Below are positions 57,955-64,000 of a DNA stretch of 64,000 bases, piece after piece. This DNA comes from an uncultured Oscillibacter sp. (GTDB lineage Bacteria > Bacillota > Clostridia > Oscillospirales > Oscillospiraceae), in the NCBI GenBank assembly GCA_900544615.1, contig UQVS01000001.1, positions 22,998 through 86,997 of the forward strand. The letters are read 5' to 3'. The notes under the pieces were generated by a model, which did no database searches, was not told the origin of the DNA, and was given only the letters and a program-made list of their open reading frames with translations. The position numbers were made by a program, and so were the translations under genes. Position 1 is the stretch's first letter. Every line of letters begins with the position of its first letter.

Positions 57955-59922
57955 ATGGCAGACAACGAAATTCTGCAATCCACGGCGGTGGACGCCGCCA
58001 ACGAGTATGACGCATCGGAAATTCAGGTTCTGGAAGGGCTGGAAGCCGTCCGAAAGCGTCCCGGTATGTATATCGGCTCCACTTCTACCTCCGGCCTTCA
58101 CCATCTGGTGTATGAGATCGTGGACAACGCCATCGACGAAGCGCTGGCGGGCTACTGCACGGAGATCTCCGTCACCATCAACGAGGGCGATACCATCACC
58201 GTGGTGGATAACGGCCGCGGCATCCCCGTGGACATTCAGGCCCAGACCGGCAAGCCCGCTCTGGAAGTGGTGTACACCGTGCTGCACGCCGGCGGCAAGT
58301 TCGGCGGCGGGGGCTACAAGGTATCCGGCGGCCTCCACGGCGTGGGCGCTTCCGTGGTGAACGCCCTGAGCGAATGGCTGGTGGTGCAGGTTCACCGGGA
58401 CGGCAAGATCCATGAGATGAAGTTTGCACGGGGCAAGGTCACGGAACCCATGACCGTGGTGGGTACCACGGATCACACCGGCACCACCGTCACGTTCAAG
58501 CCGGACCCCGAAATGTTTGAGGACACCATTTACAGCTATGACACCCTCCACACCCGGATGCGGGAGGAGGCTTTCCTGAACGCCGGTCTGCGGATCACCA
58601 TTGCCGATGAGCGGAATGCCTCTGCCGACAAGCCGGAGGAGGAGCGCTACCACTCCATGTGCTACGAGGGCGGTATCCGGGAGTTCGTCACCTACCTCAA
58701 CCGCACCAAGACCCCCCTCCACGAGCAGGTCATCTATGTGGCGGGGCAGAAGGGCGATTCCATGGCGGAGATCGCCATGCAGTATAACGACGGCTATAAT
58801 GAAACCACCCTGTCCTTTGCCAACAACGTCCACACCCCGGAGGGCGGTATGCATGAGGAGGGCTTCCGCCGTGCGCTGACCACGGTGCTGAATAATTACG
58901 GCCGGAAGATCAAAATGCTGAAAGACGATGAGAAGGTCTCCGGAGAGGACTGCCGGGAGGGTCTGACCTGCGTTATTTCCGTGAAGCTGACGGACGCGCA
59001 GTTTGAAGGCCAGACCAAGGCCAAGCTGGGCAACAGCGAGATCCGGACGCTGGTGAACAACATCGTTGCCGACAAGCTGGATACCTTCCTGGAGGAGAAT
59101 CCTCAGGTGGGCCGCATGATTCTGGACAAGGCCCTCACCGCCAACCGGGCGCGGGAGGCCGCCAAGAAGGCAAGAGAGTCCATCCGCCGCAAGACGGCGC
59201 TGGGCGGCGCGGCCATGCCGGATAAGCTGCGGGACTGCAACGAAAACAACCCGGAACTCACCGAGCTGTACATCGTGGAGGGCGACTCCGCAGGCGGCTC
59301 CGCCACGCAGGGCCGGGATTCCCGTTTTCAGGCCATCCTTCCCCTGTGGGGCAAGATGCTGAACGTGGAAAAGGCCCGTGCGGACAAGGTGTACGGCAAC
59401 GACAAGCTCCAGCCGGTGATCACGGCGCTGGGCGCGGGCATCGGCGACGAATTTGACGACGCCAAGCTCCGGTATCATAAAATCATCATCATGGCAGATG
59501 CCGATGTGGACGGCGCCCATATTCGCACCCTGCTGCTGACCTTCTTCTTCCGCTTCATGCGGCCGCTGATCGAGAAGGGCTATGTGTATTCCGCTGTGCC
59601 GCCCCTCTATAAGCTGACCCGCGGCAAGACCACGCGGGTGGCCTTCTCTGACGAGGAGCGGGACGCCGTGTCCGCCGAGCTGCGGGGCGGAAATCCCAAT
59701 GTCAAGATCGACATCTCCCGGTTCAAGGGTCTGGGCGAGATGAACCCCCATGAGCTGTGGGAGACCACCATGGATCCTGAAAAACGGACGCTGCGCCGCA
59801 TCACGCTGGACGACGCCGTTCTTGCGGACGCCACCTTCAACATCCTGATGGGTGAAAAGGTGGAGCCCCGGAAGGAGTTCATTGAGCGCAACGCCAAGTA
59901 CGCGGTGAATCTGGATTACTAA
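57955..59922 (+). CDS. gyrB: DNA gyrase subunit B
   Basis: GHKL ATPase ([17 protein letters not shown]) and TOPRIM EGDSAGG motifs, with a PLRGK-like region ([12 protein letters not shown]). Confidence 0.97.
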   Translation: MADNEILQSTAVDAANEYDASEIQVLEGLEAVRKRPGMYIGSTSTSGLHHLVYEIVDNAIDEALAGYCTEISVTINEGDTITVVDNGRGIPVDIQAQTGKPALEVVYTVLHAGGKFGGGGYKVSGGLHGVGASVVNALSEWLVVQVHRDGKIHEMKFARGKVTEPMTVVGTTDHTGTTVTFKPDPEMFEDTIYSYDTLHTRMREEAFLNAGLRITIADERNASADKPEEERYHSMCYEGGIREFVTYLNRTKTPLHEQVIYVAGQKGDSMAEIAMQYNDGYNETTLSFANNVHTPEGGMHEEGFRRALTTVLNNYGRKIKMLKDDEKVSGEDCREGLTCVISVKLTDAQFEGQTKAKLGNSEIRTLVNNIVADKLDTFLEENPQVGRMILDKALTANRAREAAKKARESIRRKTALGGAAMPDKLRDCNENNPELTELYIVEGDSAGGSATQGRDSRFQAILPLWGKMLNVEKARADKVYGNDKLQPVITALGAGIGDEFDDAKLRYHKIIIMADADVDGAHIRTLLLTFFFRFMRPLIEKGYVYSAVPPLYKLTRGKTTRVAFSDEERDAVSAELRGGNPNVKIDISRFKGLGEMNPHELWETTMDPEKRTLRRITLDDAVLADATFNILMGEKVEPRKEFIERNAKYAVNLDY

Positions 59923-59981
59923 GATATGCGGATCAGAACGTTTCTGGTCTGTTATCTCCGCATGAGGAGGATGCAAAAGGA

Positions 59982-62528
59982 ATGAGTAAGAAACCCCAAT
60001 ACGATCCTGAGGAGATCCGATATCCGGACCAGCACATTGTGGAGTCCCCGCTGGTGCCGGAGATGGAGAAATCCTATATTGAATATGCCATGAGCGTCAT
60101 TGTGGGCCGCGCCCTGCCAGATGTGCGGGACGGCCTGAAGCCGGTGCATCGCCGGATCCTGTACGCCATGTATGAGGATAACCTCACAAGCGACAAGCCC
60201 TTCAAAAAGTCCGCCACCTGTGTGGGCGACGTGCTGGGCCGGTATCACCCCCACGGCGACGCCTCCGTGTACGACGCGCTGGTGCGTCTGGCACAGGACT
60301 TTTCCATGCGCTATATGCTGGTGGACGGCCACGGCAACTTCGGCAGCGTGGATGGCGATCCCCCGGCAGCCTACCGTTATACGGAAGCACGTTTGAGCAA
60401 GATCTCCGACGAGATGCTCCGGGATATCGAAAAGGACACCGTGGACTGGGACCCCAACTTCGATGAGAGCCGGAAAGAACCCCGCGTTCTCCCGGCCCGC
60501 TTCCCCAACCTGCTGGTAAACGGCTCCAGCGGCATCGCCGTGGGCATGGCTACCAACATCCCGCCCCACAATCTGCGGGAGGTGATCGGCGCCTGTATCT
60601 GCGTGCTGGATGATCCCAACGCGTCCCTGTCTGACCTGATGGAGCATATCAAGGGGCCGGACTTCCCTACAAGGGGCATTATCATGGGCCGCAGCGGTAT
60701 CCGGGCGGCCTACGCCACCGGCCGGGGCCGGATTATAGTCCGCGCCCGGCATGAATTTGAGGAGTTCGGTCACGACCGTACCCGTATTGTCATCACGGAG
60801 CTGCCCTATCAGGTGAACAAGCGGATGCTCATTAAGAGCCTTGCCGATCAGGTGGAGGACAAGCGTCTGGAGGGCATTTCCGACATCCGGGACGAGTCCG
60901 ACCGCAATGGTATGCGGATGGTCATTGAGCTGAAGCGGGATGCCAACCCGCAGGTGGTGCTGAACCGCCTGTTTAACCAGTCCCAGCTCCAGACCACCTT
61001 CGCCATCAATATGCTGGCGTTGGTACAGAACCAGTCCCAGCCCAAGATTCTGTCCCTGCGGCATATCATTGACGAGTATCTGGCATTTCAGGAGGAGATC
61101 ATCGTCCGCCGGACGAAGTTCGACCTGAAAAAAGCTCAGGAGCGCGCCCATCTGCTGGAGGGTCTGCTCATCGCGCAGGACAATATCGACGAGGTTATCA
61201 AGATCATCCGCACCAGCTACGATAATGCCAAGGAAAATCTGATGAACCGCTTCGGTCTGGACGATGTGCAGGCGCAGGCCATTCTGGATATGCGCCTGAA
61301 GGCCTTGCAGGGCCTCGACCGGGAGAAGCTGGAAAACGAATACAAGGAACTGGAGGAGAAGATTGCCTACTTCAACCGCGTCCTCTCCGACGATGCGCTG
61401 GTGCGCCAGATCCTGAAGGAAGAGCTGACCGCCATTGCCGACAAGTTCGGCGACGACCGCAAGACCGAGATTCAGGATGTGGAGGACGAGATCGACATTG
61501 AGGATCTCATTGAAGAGGAGCAGTGCGTCTTTACGCTGACGGAAGCCGGTTATATCAAGCGCACCCCTGTCAGCGAATATACCGCCCAGTCCAAGGGCGG
61601 CATGGGCAAGAAGGGGATCACCACGCGGGAAGAGGATACCGTGGTGGATGTGTTCACCGCCTCTACCCACGATTTCATCCTGTTCTTTACCGACACCGGC
61701 AAGGTCTATCGGAAGAAGGGCTATCAGATCCCCGAATCCGGCAAGACTGCCAAGGGTACCAACCTCATCAACATCCTGCAAATCGAGCAGGGCGAACGGG
61801 TGCAGACCATGCTCCACTTCCGGGAGATGGGCAACGACCACCTGTACCTCATGATGGTGACCCGGAACGGCACGGTGAAGCGCCTGCCGGTGGAAACCCT
61901 GAAGAACCTGCGGAACAACGGCATCCGCGCCCTGACCATGGACGAAGGCGACGAGCTGGTGTCTGTCCGGGAGACGGACGGCAATCAGAAGATCCTCATC
62001 GCCACCCATGACGGCATGGCCGTGGTGTTCGATGAGAACGATGTCCGTCCCATGGGCCGTACTGCCGTGGGCGTCCGGGGCATCAAGCTCCGGGACGGCG
62101 ACTATGTGGTGGGCGCTGCACGGGCGCAGGAAGGCAAGAGCGTGCTGACCATCACCGAAAAGGGCTACGGCAAGCGGACTCCCGTGGAGGAGTACCGCAT
62201 CACCAACCGCGGCGGCCTTGGTATCAAGAATTACCAGATCACGGAAAAAACCGGCAAGATCGTGGGTGTCAAGGTGGTGGACGGCAGCGAGGATCTGCTG
62301 CTGGTGACCCAGTCCGGCATCCTGATCCGCACCCCGGTGGAAAACATCAAGGAAACCGCCAACCGCGCTACGCAGGGCGTGATTGTCATGCGCTTCAAGG
62401 AGGAGGGCAATCAGGTCATCTCCATGGCGCTGGCAGACCACGAGGACACGGCAGAGCCGGTTTCCGACACACCTGCGGAGGGAACGGAGTCTGCTGCCCC
62501 GGCAGAGGATTCCCATCAGGAAAGCTGA
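59982..62528 (+). CDS. gyrA: DNA gyrase subunit A
   Basis: Active-site Tyr region [10 protein letters not shown], a QRDR ([19 protein letters not shown]) and a C-terminal beta-pinwheel with an acidic tail. Confidence 0.97.
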   Translation: MSKKPQYDPEEIRYPDQHIVESPLVPEMEKSYIEYAMSVIVGRALPDVRDGLKPVHRRILYAMYEDNLTSDKPFKKSATCVGDVLGRYHPHGDASVYDALVRLAQDFSMRYMLVDGHGNFGSVDGDPPAAYRYTEARLSKISDEMLRDIEKDTVDWDPNFDESRKEPRVLPARFPNLLVNGSSGIAVGMATNIPPHNLREVIGACICVLDDPNASLSDLMEHIKGPDFPTRGIIMGRSGIRAAYATGRGRIIVRARHEFEEFGHDRTRIVITELPYQVNKRMLIKSLADQVEDKRLEGISDIRDESDRNGMRMVIELKRDANPQVVLNRLFNQSQLQTTFAINMLALVQNQSQPKILSLRHIIDEYLAFQEEIIVRRTKFDLKKAQERAHLLEGLLIAQDNIDEVIKIIRTSYDNAKENLMNRFGLDDVQAQAILDMRLKALQGLDREKLENEYKELEEKIAYFNRVLSDDALVRQILKEELTAIADKFGDDRKTEIQDVEDEIDIEDLIEEEQCVFTLTEAGYIKRTPVSEYTAQSKGGMGKKGITTREEDTVVDVFTASTHDFILFFTDTGKVYRKKGYQIPESGKTAKGTNLINILQIEQGERVQTMLHFREMGNDHLYLMMVTRNGTVKRLPVETLKNLRNNGIRALTMDEGDELVSVRETDGNQKILIATHDGMAVVFDENDVRPMGRTAVGVRGIKLRDGDYVVGAARAQEGKSVLTITEKGYGKRTPVEEYRITNRGGLGIKNYQITEKTGKIVGVKVVDGSEDLLLVTQSGILIRTPVENIKETANRATQGVIVMRFKEEGNQVISMALADHEDTAEPVSDTPAEGTESAAPAEDSHQES

Positions 62529-62550
62529 TTTGCCTTTTGAATCATGAGAA

Positions 62551-62590
62551 AGACAGAAGAACCGGCCATTTGGCCGGTTCTTCTGTCTTT
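62551..62590 (+). terminator. rho-independent terminator of gyrA
   Basis: AGAAGAACCGGCC-ATTT-GGCCGGTTCTTCT followed by GTCTTT. Confidence 0.8.
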
Positions 62591-62626
62591 GAGAACAACT
62601 CTGAGAAGATATCTCAGTGGATATTT

Positions 62627-62824
62627 TTATCGCGGCTGATTGCTCCGCTCCAGCAGATAATCCAACGAAACATTGAAGTAGTCGGCAATCCGAATCAATT
62701 CATCAATGCCGGGTTCCCGTTCGCCGTTTTCATAGCGGCTGATGGTATTCTGGCTCATGGAAAGTTCAATAGCCAAGCGCTGCTGTGACATTTTTCGTGC
62801 CAAGCGCAGTTCCCGTAATCTCAT
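62627..62824 (-). CDS. small XRE-family (Cro/C1-type) HTH regulator, low-GC
   Basis: LARKMSQQRLAIELSMSQNTISRYENGEREP HTH. RBS AAGGTGA. Confidence 0.8.
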   Translation of the reverse strand: MRLRELRLARKMSQQRLAIELSMSQNTISRYENGEREPGIDELIRIADYFNVSLDYLLERSNQPR

Positions 62825-62850
62825 AGCATCACCTTGACACTATTATGCCG

Positions 62851-63126
62851 TTAAAGAGAATCCATTTTCTGTTCTGGCTGCTCATAGTGCAGCAGATCTT
62901 CAACCCTGCAATCCAATACATAGCAGATTTTGGCTAAAAAATCCAGATCAACCAGAGCAATATCCTGCCCCTTGTAATAGCGGTCAATTACATCATATTT
63001 GATTCCCGTTAAAGTTCGCAGACGGTTGCGGGTGATTTTCCGCGCATCCATTACTTTGGAGAGAGTAACGATCACATGGCCGTATTCTGCTGTCTGATAG
63101 CTGACGATGCTTTTTGGCTCATTCAT
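62851..63126 (-). CDS. second small HTH (XRE-like) DNA-binding protein, low-GC
   Basis: KITRNRLRTLTGIKYDVIDRYYKGQ HTH-like segment. RBS AAGGAGGGG. Co-directional with the other regulator and 26 nt upstream of it. Confidence 0.65.
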   Translation of the reverse strand: MNEPKSIVSYQTAEYGHVIVTLSKVMDARKITRNRLRTLTGIKYDVIDRYYKGQDIALVDLDFLAKICYVLDCRVEDLLHYEQPEQKMDSL

Positions 63127-63156
63127 GCAACCCCTCCTTTGACAGAATCATTTTAA

Positions 63157-63170
63157 CAGGGATATCCCTG
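63157..63170. promoter_or_regulatory. perfect 14-bp palindrome CAGGGATATCCCTG (candidate operator) abutting a TTGACA -35 of the divergent promoter
   Basis: Lies between the divergently oriented XRE genes and the 61-aa ORF. TTGACA at ~63172. Confidence 0.5.
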
Positions 63171-63230
63171 ATTGACATTTACCATATTTAAGGTTATCCT
63201 TATATAAGGTAAACATAAGGAGGGGTTTCT

Positions 63231-63416
63231 ATGAAAGATGAGCAGGAATTTTACCGCTGCCTCGTGTCGGATGCAGCAGGGCGGGCGCTGTTGAGAATCC
63301 GGGATATTTTATCAGATGAAACGTTGAATGATACAGCCTGCTTTTATAAAATCGAAGCCATAATTTCCCTTTTGAACGACATGGGTATTTTCACTGGCAC
63401 CCGCCACGATTTTTGA
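63231..63416 (+). CDS. hypothetical 61-aa protein (low-GC)
   Basis: RBS AAGGAGG 8 nt before the ATG, with a terminator immediately downstream. Confidence 0.5.
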   Translation: MKDEQEFYRCLVSDAAGRALLRIRDILSDETLNDTACFYKIEAIISLLNDMGIFTGTRHDF

Positions 63417-63417
63417 T

Positions 63418-63454
63418 AAAAAAGCACACGGCGCAGCCGTGTGCTTTCTGTTTT
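63418..63454 (+). terminator. rho-independent terminator
   Basis: AAGCACACGGC-GCA-GCCGTGTGCTT followed by TCTGTTTT. Confidence 0.8.
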
Positions 63455-63593
63455 GGGGTGTTTCCAAAGAGGGGGATCGCAGTCCCCCTCTTTGTATCGT
63501 TTGGAATCCGGGGCGAATCGAAACGCCCTGGTGCTTTCCGATGAGGGTCAAAGGGGGAGGAGCCTTTTCAGAAAGACTTCTCCCCCTTATCGG

Positions 63594-64000
63594 TTATTCC
63601 TCGTGTGCCGTGACTTTGATATGCAGCTCGTCCAGCTGAGCCTGCGTGACCTCGCTGGGAGCGCTCATCATGACGTCCTGGGCGTTCTTGTTCATGGGGA
63701 AGGGAATGATCTCCCGGATGCTGTCCTCGCCAGCCAGCAGCATGACCATACGATCCACGCCGGGGGCAATACCGGCATGGGGGGGTGCGCCGTAGGTAAA
63801 GGCGTTGTACATGGCGGGGAACTTGGCTTTTACATCTTCCTCGCCCAGACGCACCAGCTCAAAGGCCTTGATCATGATCTCAGGATCGTGGTTCCGCACG
63901 GCGCCAGAGCTGAGCTCCACGCCGTTGCACACCAGATCGTACTGATCGGCGGTGATGCTCAGAGGATCGATCTCACCCCGCTCGGCCTTCAGCAGCACGT
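63594..64000 (-). CDS. aspS: aspartate--tRNA ligase, C-terminal part (N-terminus outside window)
   Basis: Class II aaRS motif 3 region [33 protein letters not shown]. The stop is at 63594 and the ORF continues past the right edge. Confidence 0.85.
   Translation of the reverse strand, partial: VLLKAERGEIDPLSITADQYDLVCNGVELSSGAVRNHDPEIMIKAFELVRLGEEDVKAKFPAMYNAFTYGAPPHAGIAPGVDRMVMLLAGEDSIREIIPFPMNKNAQDVMMSAPSEVTQAQLDELHIKVTAHEE

Overview
High-GC (~60%) chromosomal window from a Firmicutes/Clostridia-type genome (Oscillospirales-like; SLH protein, divIVA-sepF-yggS cluster, T-box upstream of glyQS). It spans the replication origin. All calls are from reading the sequence; nothing was searched against a database.

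Gene content:
- Minus strand, origin side: rpmH-rnpA-yidD-yidC-jag(khpB).
- Plus strand, origin side: dnaA-[DnaA-box oriC]-dnaN-yaaA-recF-remB-gyrB-gyrA.
- Upstream, almost all on the minus strand: thiI (partial), an SLH/GH18-like surface protein, lepA, an XRE-MBOAT-DHHW acylation operon, a HAD hydrolase, divIVA-sepF-yggS, a HlyD-like protein, hfq-miaA-(AzoR-like)-mutL-(CPBP)-mutS-miaB, a flavodoxin, a LysM/M23 peptidase, a COG2984/4120/1101 ABC transporter, an M24 peptidase, CBS-pyrophosphatase, htpG, ltaS-family, cysK+HAD, a K+ channel remnant, a Cys-rich zinc-ribbon protein, a CDF transporter, tRNA-Ala(CGC), a GH3 hexosaminidase, an AlaX-like editing protein, an NCS2 permease, YoaK and glyQS.
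- No transposase, integrase, CRISPR array or recognisable defence system. Most long plus/minus ORFs in the track opposite these genes are high-GC antisense artefacts.

Most notable non-coding and structural observations:
1. A 16-codon leader ORF with three consecutive Cys codons plus a terminator upstream of cysK.
2. A Tyr/Phe-rich 34-codon leader ORF plus a terminator upstream of the ABC operon.
3. Three independent pseudo-duplications of gene 3' ends (lepA, glyQS, recF).
4. A truncated tRNA-like fragment co-transcribed with tRNA-Ala.
5. Low-GC islets encoding small membrane proteins, two of them inside the otherwise conserved dnaN-yaaA and recF-remB intervals.
6. A low-GC XRE/XRE switch-like module with a perfect palindromic operator.

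Coordinates of small features carry about +/-3 nt uncertainty because they were counted by hand.
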